Assembly: GCA_023251075.1 (NCBI GenBank)
Contig: JAHEZM010000001.1
Coordinates: 145,482 to 209,481 of the forward strand
From: Flavobacteriales bacterium
GTDB taxonomy: Bacteria > Bacteroidota > Bacteroidia > Flavobacteriales_C > GCA-002722245
Direction of reading: 5' to 3'
Length of the DNA stretch: 64,000 nucleotides
Shown here: piece after piece, positions 1-9,997 of the stretch
Layout of the letters: every line of letters begins with the position of its first letter
Position numbering within the stretch: the first letter of the stretch is position 1
Notes under the pieces: model-generated
The model's database searches: none
What the model was told of the DNA's origin: nothing
The model's input: the letters and a program-made list of their open reading frames with translations, nothing else
Position numbers and translations under genes: made by a program

Positions 1-267
1 CAATCGCGTATTCGATCCTACTAATGCTTTTGCTGCCTCGTTCACTGAACCATCGCCACCAACAATTGCTACCACATCAATTCCCGCTATAGCTGCGTCC
101 TTTGCAATATCATAAGCATGATGTGCTCTTTCAGTATAAATAAATTGAAAGTTGAATATATTTTTATCGAGTAAAAGCTCTACTTTTTTTTCTACTAACT
201 TCTGCTTCCCAACACCTGAAATTGGATTGACGATAAACAGTATGTTTTTTTTTGTATTGATGTTCAT
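1..267 (-). CDS. Diacylglycerol kinase-family (YegS/DAGK-like) lipid kinase, N-terminal part (runs off window start)
   Basis: Not in ORF track. Manual translation from ATG at 267 gives MNINTKKNILFIVNPISGVGK...GGDGSVNE, containing the NPxSG and GGDG motifs. Confidence 0.85.
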   Translation of the reverse strand, partial: MNINTKKNILFIVNPISGVGKQKLVEKKVELLLDKNIFNFQFIYTERAHHAYDIAKDAAIAGIDVVAIVGGDGSVNEAAKALVGSNTRL

Positions 268-291
268 TACAAGATTTTAATTTAAAATTAC

Positions 292-436
292 CGGGTGTGG
301 GTTCCCTCTCGGAGGAGAGGGGTGCGATTTTGCTAGTGTGTAAGCGGGGAGATGGATTGAACCTAAATTAATCCATCTCCCTCCTCCTTCACAGGCCTTT
401 CCCCACCCCTCTCCTCCGAGAGGGAACCCACACTCG
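292..436. repeat. Nested-palindrome element, family A, copy A1 (REP/REPIN/MITE-like)
   Basis: 33-bp outer inverted repeat 292-324/404-436 with 1 mismatch. Each arm contains its own CCCTCTC-N4-GAGAGGG hairpin. Inner IR GGGAGATGGATT/AATCCATCTCCC. Confidence 0.9.
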
Positions 437-455
437 AAACTATACTTCCAAAAAA

Positions 456-1580
456 CTACTTACTCTTTATCACCTCTTCATAAACCTTCATATATGCTGG
501 CAATATTTTTTCCAAAGAAAATTCTTCAGCGCGTTGACGGGCATTAGCGCGCATTTGAACGCACAATTCATCATTCGTTAAAATCTCCAAAGAAAATTTT
601 GCCATACTTTCAACATCTCCAACATTGGCTAAGTATCCGGTTTTTGCATGAATATTTACTTCAGGAATTCCACCTGTATTAGTAGATACTACAGGAACAC
701 TTGCGGCCATTGCTTCCAAAGCAGCCAAACCAAAACTTTCATGTTCACTGGTTAACAAAAACAAATCAGCAAAAGCCAAAACCTCTTCTACATTTTTCAC
801 TTTTCCTAAAAAACGGGTGTCGTTATATACTTCCAGTTCTCTGCACAAATGCTCTACATTAATCCTTTCCGGACCGTCACCCACCAAAATAAGTTTAGCA
901 TTGATATGACTTCTCAGTTTTCTAAAAATGCGAACCACATCCTCAATCCTTTTCACTTTTCTGAAGTTTGAAACATGCATTATAATTTTTTCCGACTCCT
1001 TTGCAAAAGCACCTCTTGAACAATTATTCAAAGGCTTGTATTTATCTAAACAAATGAAGTTAGGAATTACCTTAATCTCTTTATTCGTTTTAAAATGCTT
1101 GTAAGTATCTCGCTTCAAACTTTCTGAAACGGCAGTCACCGCATCGGAATGTTGAATAGAAAAACTAATGACAGGTTCAAACGAAGGATCTTTCCCCACC
1201 AAGGTAATATCTGTTCCATGTAAAGTAGTAACAATAGGAATATTGATTCCTTTTTCCTTTAAAATTTGTTTGGCTAAATAAGCTGCCGAAGCATGCGGAA
1301 TAGCATAATGAACATGTAACAAATCCAAGCCTTCATGTTCGGCTACATCTACCATTTTACTGGTTAGTGTTACTTCATAAGGCTCATATTGAAACAATGG
1401 ATATTCAGATACCACCACCTCATGAAAGAAAATATTAGCATGATATTCTATTAATCGAACGGGTTGACTATAAGTAATAAAATGTATTTGATGACCTTGC
1501 GCGGCCAGGGCTTTACCCAGCTCTGTAGCTACTACTCCACTACCTCCGTAGGTAGGATAACAAACGATTCCGATTTTCAT
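456..1580 (-). CDS. bshA: N-acetyl-alpha-D-glucosaminyl L-malate synthase (bacillithiol biosynthesis GT4)
   Basis: MKIGIVCYPTYGGSGVVATELG, HVHYAIPHA, TTLHGTDITLVG and ESFGLAALEAM motifs. Confidence 0.95.
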   Translation of the reverse strand: MKIGIVCYPTYGGSGVVATELGKALAAQGHQIHFITYSQPVRLIEYHANIFFHEVVVSEYPLFQYEPYEVTLTSKMVDVAEHEGLDLLHVHYAIPHASAAYLAKQILKEKGINIPIVTTLHGTDITLVGKDPSFEPVISFSIQHSDAVTAVSESLKRDTYKHFKTNKEIKVIPNFICLDKYKPLNNCSRGAFAKESEKIIMHVSNFRKVKRIEDVVRIFRKLRSHINAKLILVGDGPERINVEHLCRELEVYNDTRFLGKVKNVEEVLAFADLFLLTSEHESFGLAALEAMAASVPVVSTNTGGIPEVNIHAKTGYLANVGDVESMAKFSLEILTNDELCVQMRANARQRAEEFSLEKILPAYMKVYEEVIKSK

Positions 1581-1698
1581 GCCTTAAAGTTAATAGAAAA
1601 TACTTTGCCCTTAAAACTTTCAGCTTTGAACCATTTACTGTTAAGAACTTCAAAAGATTGGAACTGCTTTTGCTTACTATGAAGTATATTTTTACTTC

Positions 1699-4665
1699 AT
1701 GAAGAAAATATTTGCCATCTCCCTTTTTGTTTTCGCGGCTATTGGCGTGGCATTTACTACCACTACCGCGGGGCGAAAACAAAAAGGAGGAACACCGAAG
1801 AAAGGTCCGGAATTCCTTGCTGATACGAATAGTGCATGGGTTGATTCCATTTTTAAAACACTTACTCTCGATGAAAAAATAGCACAGCTCATCATGTATC
1901 CTGTGTATTCTAAAAAAGATACAAACCACCTCAAAGAAATATCCAACTTAGTTACCAAATACGGAATTGGTGGAGTAATTTATATGCAAGGAGGTCCCGT
2001 TCGCCAGGCCAACTTCGATAATCATTTACAAAAAATTTCTAAAGTACCTATTCTTACTTCTATTGACGGAGAATGGGGATTGGCAATGCGTTTAGATAGC
2101 ACTACACAGTTTCCTTATCAAATGATGTTAGGCGCTATTCAGGATGATAAATTAATTTTTGAGATGGGACAAGAAATTGCCCGTCAGTGCAAAGAGTTAA
2201 ATATTCATGTTGATTTTGCTCCGGTGATTGACATAAATGTTAATCCAAATAATCCTGTGATCAGCTACCGATCTTTTGGAGAAAACAAATACAAAGTAGC
2301 TCAAAAAGGTTTGCAATACATGAAAGGTTTACAAAGTATGCATGTATTGGCATCAGCAAAACATTTTCCCGGACATGGTGATACAGATAAAGATTCTCAC
2401 GCTGCATTACCCGTAATTAGTCACGATAAAGAAAGATTAGATTCTATTGAACTATATCCTTTTAAAGTTTTAATCGATAGCGGAATTGGTAGCGTAATGG
2501 TGGCGCACTTAAATATTCCGGCTTACGACAAAACAAAAAATCTAGCCTCTACCCTTTCTCCTAAAGTGGTAAAAGAATTATTAAAAAAAGATTTAGGATT
2601 TCAGGGTGTTACATTTACCGACGCTTTAAACATGAAAGGTGTAAGTAAATATTTCGCCCCTGGTGAAGTAGATGCTAAAGCGCTTTTAGCAGGAAATGAT
2701 ATTTTACTTTTTTCGGAAGATATAGGTAAAGCCATTGAACAAATTAAAATTGCAATCAGCAAAAAACAAATTAGCGTAGAGGAAATCAATGCACGTTGCA
2801 AAAAAGTTTTGGCGCTGAAACAATGGTGTGGTTTAAACAAATACAAAGCCATAAAAACCGATAGTTTGTATGAAAGATTAAATACACCTAATGCCGATCG
2901 ATTGAATAGAAAATTGGTGGAATCGGCTATTACTTTAGCTAAGAACAACATCAATGTTTTACCCTTTGCCCACTTAGAAAAAATCAAAATTGCAAGTTTA
3001 TGTTTTTCTGATAATTTGAAGAATAATGAATTTCAGGAAGTGATGAATAACTATACAAAAGTTACTCACTTTAACCTTAACAAAACGCCCAATGACTCTA
3101 TCATCAATAACACTTTAACGGCATTGAAAGATTTCGATTATGTGGTAATTGGTGTTCATGGAAGTGCGAAACCAGATAAAAATTTCAACATCACTCAGGA
3201 AACCATTAATGCTATTGCCAAGATTTCGGAAAGCAAAAAAGTAATTCTTGCACTTTTCGCTAATCCTTATGTATTGAGAGATTTCGAAGGGAAAGTAAAT
3301 TTAGAGGCATTGATCATAAGCTATCAAGACAATAAAATTGTTCGTGATTATACTGCTCAATTATTATTTGGAGGAATTGGTGCTAAAGGAATTTTACCAG
3401 TTACTTGCAGCTCAAGTTATCCATCAGGAACAGGAATTTTTACGAATAAAATTCGCTTCAAATATTCTATTCCCGAAGAAGAAGGAATGAACCAAAACAC
3501 ATTAAGAAGAATTGATTCTATTGCTATGGAAGGAATCAACAACAGAGCCTTTCCTGGTTGTCAGGTTTTGGTTGCAAGAAATGGAAATGTGGTATATTGG
3601 AAAGCCTTCGGAAAACAGATGTATGATAGTAAAACCACAGTGAATAAATTCGATATTTACGATATAGCATCCGTTACAAAAGTTACGGCAACTCTTCCTG
3701 TTTTCATGAAATTAGACGAAGTAGATTCGGTAAGTTTAGATATGAATTTATGCGATTACCTTCCTATTGCTGATACTGCTCAATGCTACAATGTTAACCT
3801 TAGAGAAATGTTGGCCCATCAAGCGCGATTATTTGCTTATATCCCTTTTTTTAAAAACACCATCAAAAATGGAAAGCTCGATAGTACCATTTATTCTCCT
3901 GTAAAAAGCGATAGCTTCTCCATAAAAATTACGGATCATCTGTTTATGAGAAATACTTATTTAGACAGTATGCACAAACAAATTATTGAAAGAGAATTAT
4001 ACAAAGAAAAACATTACAAATACAGCGATTTAGGATATTACTTTCTAAAAGAAATTGATGAAAAATATGGTAAAGCTCCTTTGAATATTTTAGCCGACAG
4101 TCTATTCTACCGATCTATGGGTGCTTATACTTTAAGCTATTTACCTAAAGATAAATTTCCATTAGAAGATATTGTTCCATCAGAATACGACACTCTATTT
4201 CGTCACCAGCTTTTAAGAGGAGAAGTAAACGATCCAAGTGCTGCAATGTTGGGTGGTGTTGCCGGACATGCTGGATTGTTTTCAAATTCGAATGATTTAG
4301 CGAAGATGTTTCAAATGTATTTGAACAATGGTGAATATGGCGGAATTCAATATTTAGATTCTACCACTATTGCCGAATATACGCGTTGTCAGTTTTGCAA
4401 CGAAGGCAACAGAAGAGGAGCTGGATTTGATAAACCTACTGGCGATAATAACGGACCAACCTGTGATTGTGTAAGTAGAAAAAGTTATGGGCATACTGGA
4501 TTTACAGGTACTTTAGCTTGGGCTGATCCCGATAAACAAATCGTTTACATTTTTCTTTCTAATAGAACTTACCCATCTCCCAACAATTATAAAATCACGA
4601 AGTATAATATTAGAACCAGAATTCAGCAGGCGATTTACGATAGCATGAAAGAACAAGTAAATTAA
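1699..4665 (+). CDS. GH3 beta-N-acetylglucosaminidase fused to a C-terminal beta-lactamase-like serine hydrolase; exported
   Basis: Signal peptide; KHFPGHGDT..DSH and TDALNM GH3 motifs; SVTK (SxxK), YSD and HTG motifs in the C-terminal domain. Confidence 0.92.
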   Translation: MKKIFAISLFVFAAIGVAFTTTTAGRKQKGGTPKKGPEFLADTNSAWVDSIFKTLTLDEKIAQLIMYPVYSKKDTNHLKEISNLVTKYGIGGVIYMQGGPVRQANFDNHLQKISKVPILTSIDGEWGLAMRLDSTTQFPYQMMLGAIQDDKLIFEMGQEIARQCKELNIHVDFAPVIDINVNPNNPVISYRSFGENKYKVAQKGLQYMKGLQSMHVLASAKHFPGHGDTDKDSHAALPVISHDKERLDSIELYPFKVLIDSGIGSVMVAHLNIPAYDKTKNLASTLSPKVVKELLKKDLGFQGVTFTDALNMKGVSKYFAPGEVDAKALLAGNDILLFSEDIGKAIEQIKIAISKKQISVEEINARCKKVLALKQWCGLNKYKAIKTDSLYERLNTPNADRLNRKLVESAITLAKNNINVLPFAHLEKIKIASLCFSDNLKNNEFQEVMNNYTKVTHFNLNKTPNDSIINNTLTALKDFDYVVIGVHGSAKPDKNFNITQETINAIAKISESKKVILALFANPYVLRDFEGKVNLEALIISYQDNKIVRDYTAQLLFGGIGAKGILPVTCSSSYPSGTGIFTNKIRFKYSIPEEEGMNQNTLRRIDSIAMEGINNRAFPGCQVLVARNGNVVYWKAFGKQMYDSKTTVNKFDIYDIASVTKVTATLPVFMKLDEVDSVSLDMNLCDYLPIADTAQCYNVNLREMLAHQARLFAYIPFFKNTIKNGKLDSTIYSPVKSDSFSIKITDHLFMRNTYLDSMHKQIIERELYKEKHYKYSDLGYYFLKEIDEKYGKAPLNILADSLFYRSMGAYTLSYLPKDKFPLEDIVPSEYDTLFRHQLLRGEVNDPSAAMLGGVAGHAGLFSNSNDLAKMFQMYLNNGEYGGIQYLDSTTIAEYTRCQFCNEGNRRGAGFDKPTGDNNGPTCDCVSRKSYGHTGFTGTLAWADPDKQIVYIFLSNRTYPSPNNYKITKYNIRTRIQQAIYDSMKEQVN

Positions 4666-4678
4666 CGCGATTATCATT

Positions 4679-6823
4679 CTATAAAAATAAAACTCCATTA
4701 TCTTTCAAAATCATAAACTCTGCAGCCTCAAAAACAATTGCATATTCTTTCTCTAATTCTGAATAAGTAAATACTTTTTCATTGCCAACGAGAATCTTAT
4801 TTACAAAAGATAAAAGTTGTTTTCCCAAAGCTTCTGAACACTGAAAAGAAATATTTTCTTTTTTGGTATAAATAACAATTTCAACTTTATTCTTCTTTGC
4901 TGAAGGTTCCAATTGTAATTTGTTTCCTAGCCAAAGGAAACGAGTATTTCCTTTTAATTTCTTGTCCTCAAACCTCCTTAATTCACTTTGAATAAAATCA
5001 GAGGAAACTTTTGTTTTAGGAACCTTAAAATCAAACCATTCTTGCAGAGGAAAATCGAAACAGATTCCATGCATATAATTGAATAATGATTTTTTTAATC
5101 CTTCACTAAACAATTCGTGCTGTGTACCTGTTTTATCAATACAAATGATATCATTATTGGCAAAAGTTCCTTCTTTTTTATTGCCGTTTTTTACTTTGAA
5201 AGAATCGGGATTAATTCCCACCGGGCTGTGCGCAGTCATTGCAAACTGATGCCAATAGGCACTTTGCACAATTCCATTTTCAAAAAGTTGTCGAACTACT
5301 TCCAGTGAATCTATAGTTTCCTGAGCCGTTTGTGTGGGGAAACCATACATCAAATAAGCATGCACCATAATTCCCGCCTTAGTAAAATTCGAAGTTACTT
5401 TAGCTACTTGCGGAAGAGTTACCCCTTTTTGAATAAGTTCTAACAATCTTTCTGAAGCAACTTCCAAACCACCCGAAACAGCGATACAACCGGAAGCTGC
5501 CAATAGCTTACACAAATCAGCAGAAAAACTTTTTTCAAAACGAATATTAGTCCACCACACCAACGTTAATCTCCTGCGAATAATTTCTATTGCAACTTCA
5601 CGCATCAATGCGGGTGGTGCTGCTTCATCCACAAAATGAAAACCGTTGTGTTTGGTTTGAGTGATCACCTCCTCTATCCTATCCACAATTAATTTTGCTG
5701 AAGAAGGCCCATAATTTTTTATATAATCTAAAGTGATATCACAAAAAGTACATTTCCCCCAATAACAACCATGTGCTAAAGTGAGTTTATTCCATCTGCC
5801 ATCACTCCACAAGCGATGCATAGGATTTACAATTTCAATCACAGAAATATATTGATCAAGTAACAGATCTGAATAATCAGATGTTCCCACTTCATGTTGA
5901 GAAAAATCTTTATCCTTCGATCCGTTACAATATTTCACCCTGTTTTTCTCCAGAATAAAAGTCCGCTTTAAGTCTTCCGCTTTCCTTTTTCCTTGAAGGT
6001 ATTCCAGCAAATTCAATACCGGTCTTTCCCCATCATCCAAAGTGATAAAATCGAAATAATCAAATACTTTAACTTCCTTCAATGAACGCAATTCAGTATT
6101 TGGAAAACCACCACCCATTACCGTTTTAATTTGAGGATGATTCTTTTTAATCCACTGCGCACATTTAAAAGCGCTGTATAAATTACCTGGAAATGGAACA
6201 GAAAAAGCTACTAAATTTGGTTTTTGTACTTCAATTTTCTGCTGTAGTAAACCGAGAGTAATTTCATCAATAAAACTTGCCGCTTTCTGTAGAGTTTGAT
6301 GCAGCTCATCAAAAGTACCGGCTGATCGTCCCAATCTTTCAGCGTATCTACTGAATCCAAAATGAGGATCAACACATTCAACAATCAAATCACTTAAATC
6401 TTCTAAATATAAAGTGGCTAAATGCTTGGCTTTGTCTTTATTCCCCATTGTTCCAAAAGCCCAGTCTAAATCGTCGAGCTGTGCAAATCTCGATGCTTCA
6501 GGTAAATAATTTCTTTCCACAATTAAAGCTGCCAATGCTGAATTTTTATCTTGTAAAAAAAGAATAACAGCATCAATAGTTTTCAAATAATCTTCTTGAA
6601 GAGCAATAATTCTGCGGGCGTTCTCCGATACATTTTTCTTTTGGATGGAAGAGAACATTTTTTGCAATCCGCTTTTACAAAAAAGTTTAAGAATTACTTC
6701 TATTCCTAAATCGCATTGAAAACTTTCAATACTCCTGATATTCATAAATCCCTTCAAATAAGCTGTTGCCGGATAGGGCGTGTTCAGCTGAGTAAAAGGA
6801 GGAGTAATTAAAAGTATTTTCAT
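4679..6823 (-). CDS. B12-binding-domain radical SAM protein
   Basis: CYWGKCTFC (CxxxCxxC). N-terminal LLITPPFTQLNTPYPATAYL. Likely start is ATG 6823; the ORF-track extension overlaps nth. Confidence 0.85.
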   Translation of the reverse strand: MKILLITPPFTQLNTPYPATAYLKGFMNIRSIESFQCDLGIEVILKLFCKSGLQKMFSSIQKKNVSENARRIIALQEDYLKTIDAVILFLQDKNSALAALIVERNYLPEASRFAQLDDLDWAFGTMGNKDKAKHLATLYLEDLSDLIVECVDPHFGFSRYAERLGRSAGTFDELHQTLQKAASFIDEITLGLLQQKIEVQKPNLVAFSVPFPGNLYSAFKCAQWIKKNHPQIKTVMGGGFPNTELRSLKEVKVFDYFDFITLDDGERPVLNLLEYLQGKRKAEDLKRTFILEKNRVKYCNGSKDKDFSQHEVGTSDYSDLLLDQYISVIEIVNPMHRLWSDGRWNKLTLAHGCYWGKCTFCDITLDYIKNYGPSSAKLIVDRIEEVITQTKHNGFHFVDEAAPPALMREVAIEIIRRRLTLVWWTNIRFEKSFSADLCKLLAASGCIAVSGGLEVASERLLELIQKGVTLPQVAKVTSNFTKAGIMVHAYLMYGFPTQTAQETIDSLEVVRQLFENGIVQSAYWHQFAMTAHSPVGINPDSFKVKNGNKKEGTFANNDIICIDKTGTQHELFSEGLKKSLFNYMHGICFDFPLQEWFDFKVPKTKVSSDFIQSELRRFEDKKLKGNTRFLWLGNKLQLEPSAKKNKVEIVIYTKKENISFQCSEALGKQLLSFVNKILVGNEKVFTYSELEKEYAIVFEAAEFMILKDNGVLFL

Positions 6824-6824
6824 T

Positions 6825-7448
6825 TTATTTTTTGGCATACCGACTGCAAATTGGACAATTTTCGGGAATATGTCCGCGTGCCGGGCAAAATTCTCTTCCA
6901 AAGAAAATGATTTGTAGGTGTAATTTATTCCATTTCTCTTTAGGAAATAACTTTTTACAATCGGCTTCAGTTTGTTCCACTGATTTACCATTACTCAATC
7001 CCCATCGGTGTATTAAACGATGAATATGTGTATCAACAGGAAAAGCAGGCACACCAAAAGCTTGTGCCATCACTACCGATGCTGTTTTATGTCCTACCCC
7101 TGGTAAAAATTCCAATTCCTCAAAAGTACGAGGCACCTCTCCTTTGTGCTTATCCAACAATATTTGAGATAAGTTGAAAATAGCTTTCGACTTTGCCGGA
7201 GATAAGCCACAAGGTTTAATGATTTCGCGAATTTCCTCTATCGATAATTTCACCATGTCCTTCGGATTATCGGCCTTGGCAAAAAGATATGGTGTAATTT
7301 GATTTACTCTTACATCGGTACATTGTGCCGATAACAACACCGCAATCAGCATAGTGTATGCATCTTTATGATCCAGAGGAATAGACGGATTAGGATACTG
7401 TTTCTCTAAAATTTTGGAAATTGCTAAAGCTTTTTCTTTTTTCGTCAT
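6825..7448 (-). CDS. nth: Endonuclease III
   Basis: LLSAQCTD, HhH motif LPGVGHKTA, VDTHIHR, and C-terminal Fe-S cysteines (CPAR...CPIC). Confidence 0.95.
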   Translation of the reverse strand: MTKKEKALAISKILEKQYPNPSIPLDHKDAYTMLIAVLLSAQCTDVRVNQITPYLFAKADNPKDMVKLSIEEIREIIKPCGLSPAKSKAIFNLSQILLDKHKGEVPRTFEELEFLPGVGHKTASVVMAQAFGVPAFPVDTHIHRLIHRWGLSNGKSVEQTEADCKKLFPKEKWNKLHLQIIFFGREFCPARGHIPENCPICSRYAKK

Positions 7449-7511
7449 GCAGTAAAAATAAGAATCCTTATTTTAACCAAATAATCTTAACTATTGAGTA
7501 ATTTAAAAATC

Positions 7512-8546
7512 ATGAATAAAATCATCTTTTTTTTGGCAGCCTTGGTTTTACCAAACCTCTCTATAGCACAGGCTAAAACCCCTAAAGACAATATGATTAA
7601 ATATTTAGATTCGGTGTATAGAACAACACCAAAGGGATTATTGGATTCTATTACCACAGATCTTGATTCTACCGCTATTTCCAACCAATGCTTCAAATTT
7701 ATTTTCAATAAAAACAAAACCAAATTCATTGCATTTTATATAGTAGAAAAAAAATCGGCGGCCTACAAAAGCTTAAAACTAGAGTATGGTGGAAGTTTCC
7801 GTTCTTTTAAAAACATTCCAAAAGGGAAAGGCAAATGCAAAGCCCTTGGATATACCGTGTGTGGAATGATGTATAACGACAAATGGTGCTTCGACCATGA
7901 AGAATATGTTAGAGTTACTGCCAATACCTTGCTAAAAGCTCAAGAAGAATTTATGTTCAATTTGCTTAATGAAAGAAAGTTTTTTAAAAATGAAAAACTA
8001 AAGGAAGACAAAGCTTTTTGGAATAGCAATGGTTTTTTAATTGAAAAAACAGAAAGCGGCGAAAAAGTTCCGGCTATGGTTTTACACGCCAATAGCACAA
8101 AAACCAAAAGAGAGGCTTTAAAAGTAAACTTCAAATTTGAAAAGAAAGCCCAGATAGTTATAGATAGCATTTGGCATTTTTTACAATTGAAAGATACCAA
8201 TATGTACAATGCCCGATTAGAAGACAAAGAAGAAGAGGAAATTTATTTCACTATTTACAACGAACAACGAACCAAAGCTCTTTTACCTATTATTTTTAAA
8301 GACAATAAAAACCAAGCCTGGTTGTCGTATTACTACTTCAACGTTAACGACACCACACATACCATTTACCAATGGAATGCTTACCCCACCAGGAAAATTG
8401 AAATCAAACAAGACCAAAGAATGGATATCATAAAAGACATTCGTAAATTTTCGATCAACTGGCTGTGGAATACCCAAAACTTTTTGAACGATGATGAATT
8501 CTGGAGGGATAATTTTGGATTCAATAGATTAGAAACACTCAAATAA
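7512..8546 (+). CDS. Exported hypothetical protein with an apparent internal domain duplication
   Basis: Signal peptide MNKIIFFLAALVLPNLSIAQ; long ORF with no recognised family motif. Confidence 0.7.
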   Translation: MNKIIFFLAALVLPNLSIAQAKTPKDNMIKYLDSVYRTTPKGLLDSITTDLDSTAISNQCFKFIFNKNKTKFIAFYIVEKKSAAYKSLKLEYGGSFRSFKNIPKGKGKCKALGYTVCGMMYNDKWCFDHEEYVRVTANTLLKAQEEFMFNLLNERKFFKNEKLKEDKAFWNSNGFLIEKTESGEKVPAMVLHANSTKTKREALKVNFKFEKKAQIVIDSIWHFLQLKDTNMYNARLEDKEEEEIYFTIYNEQRTKALLPIIFKDNKNQAWLSYYYFNVNDTTHTIYQWNAYPTRKIEIKQDQRMDIIKDIRKFSINWLWNTQNFLNDDEFWRDNFGFNRLETLK

Positions 8547-8580
8547 AAATGCCCCGGAAACCCTTAATCCGAGGCATTTT
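8546..8580. terminator. Bidirectional intrinsic terminator between convergent genes
   Basis: AAAATGCCCCGGA...TCCGAGGCATTTT stem with A and T tails. Confidence 0.7.
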
Positions 8581-8600
8581 CAAATAGTCAATATCAACCA

Positions 8601-8822
8601 TTAATTAAGCAAAACGCTAATCTTATCCATCACTACAGAATCGCGTACACTTAATGCTTTTGAGTAATTGATGATATTGTTGATGCAGTTATCTCCAGGA
8701 ACATCAAACTCATCTATTTCTACATCACTGTAGTCGTTAGGCATAGAAGCGAGTTCGAATAGTTCATTTAGCTCTGCATCAATTTCATTAATTAAATTTT
8801 CTTGAGTAAATAATTTATTCAT
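8601..8822 (-). CDS. Small acidic hypothetical protein downstream of the ECF sigma factor
   Basis: ~73-aa ORF ending NIINYSKALSV...LLN. It resembles a small protein I recall following this sigma factor in Bacteroidetes. Start uncertain (8822 or 8828). Confidence 0.65.
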   Translation of the reverse strand: MNKLFTQENLINEIDAELNELFELASMPNDYSDVEIDEFDVPGDNCINNIINYSKALSVRDSVVMDKISVLLN

Positions 8823-8940
8823 AAGCACTAGAAGTATTTGTTTTTATTGATAACGCTTCGAATAAAAAATGTATTGTGCAAGAGCCTGTTTAAATTTTAT
8901 TCAGCATAATTATTCCTTGAAGCATAGTTTAACTCTGAGC

Positions 8941-9106
8941 TTTCGGTCATGGGCTTCCCTCTCGGCGGAGAAGGGGGCGCTAGAATCGTGTGGTAGGCAG
9001 GGAGATGGACTCAATAGAAATTCATAAATCTTTAATTCCATCTCCCTCCTTCCCGCAAAAAAGCTTCCACACCCCTCTCCACCGAGAGGGAAGCCCATAC
9101 TCGAAA
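8941..9106. repeat. Nested-palindrome element, family A, copy A2
   Basis: Outer IR ATGGGCTTCCCTCTCGGCGGAGA / TCTCCACCGAGAGGGAAGCCCAT; inner IR AGGGAGATGGA/TCCATCTCCCT. Clearly homologous to A1. Confidence 0.9.
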
Positions 9107-9143
9107 AATAATTCCGATAAAATTTAAAGTAGGTTATATAACC

Positions 9144-9176
9144 AAAAAAAGAGTTGCGGGCCCTGCAACTCTTTTT
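9144..9176 (-). terminator. Intrinsic terminator after the ECF sigma gene
   Basis: AAAAAAAGAGTTGCGGGCCCTGCAACTCTTTTT hairpin with a T-run on the minus strand, 20 bp after the stop codon. Confidence 0.8.
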
Positions 9177-9196
9177 GTAAAAACTAAAAACAAATC

Positions 9197-9796
9197 TTAA
9201 TCTGCCGACAAAACCATGCGGTGCTTTTCCACCAATTTCCTAAGGTTTATTAAGGCATAGCGCATTCTACCCAAAGCGGTATTAATGCTTATATTTTTCA
9301 TGTCAGCAATTTCCTTGAAACTCAACTCTTCAAAATGACGCAACAAAACCACCTCTTTTTGATCTTCAGGTAAATAATTGATCAGCTTCATCACATCCTC
9401 TTTTATTTGAGTATCAATCATTACTTGCTCAATATTCATTTCATTATTATCGATCCTGTCGAAAATATCTAAATCTTCGCCATCTTTTCCTTTCACATTA
9501 ACTTTGTAATTGTTTTTTTGCTTGCGGAAATGATCTATCATTAAATTATGCGCAATGCGCATTACCCAAGGTAAAAACTTACCTTTTTCGTCGTATCTGC
9601 CCTGACGCAGAGTATTGATTACTTTAATAAAAGTATCTTGAAAGAAATCTTCCGCTAATTCTTTATCCTTAACAGTAAAGCGGATATAAGAATACACTTT
9701 GGATTTATGTCGGCGAATTAAAGTTTGAAGGGCTTCCTCATTGCCTTTTAGATATGTTTTAACCAACATGTGGTCATCTAATTGTGATAAAATCAT
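9197..9796 (-). CDS. ECF (sigma-70 family) RNA polymerase sigma factor
   Basis: AEDFFQDTFIK, FLPWVMRIAHN..IDHFR (region 2); LPEDQKEVVLLR..LSFKEIA..ISINTALGRMRYAL (region 4). Confidence 0.93.
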   Translation of the reverse strand: MILSQLDDHMLVKTYLKGNEEALQTLIRRHKSKVYSYIRFTVKDKELAEDFFQDTFIKVINTLRQGRYDEKGKFLPWVMRIAHNLMIDHFRKQKNNYKVNVKGKDGEDLDIFDRIDNNEMNIEQVMIDTQIKEDVMKLINYLPEDQKEVVLLRHFEELSFKEIADMKNISINTALGRMRYALINLRKLVEKHRMVLSAD

Positions 9797-9997
9797 AACA
9801 CTCCTGTTTTAATTGTAAAATTTAAAATTCAGAGTAGTTATTTATTCTATAGGCAATACAATTTTTAGATGTTTATACGTGTAACGAAGATCAATTTACA
9901 ATATTGTGTGCTAATATCAAAATTTTTCTTTCAAGGTAAAGACACCTTATTTTTGAGTAGGTTGCCTCAGTGAACTAAAAAAAATTAATTTTACCGG

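Noticed and set aside
6824-6991. N-terminal extension of the radical SAM ORF overlapping nth
   Set aside because: It is alternative-frame read-through; the family-like N-terminus starts at 6823.
8910-9098. 62-aa ORF MGFPLGGEG...
   Set aside because: It coincides with palindrome A2. GC-rich hairpins lack stop codons by chance, and the peptide has no protein-like features.
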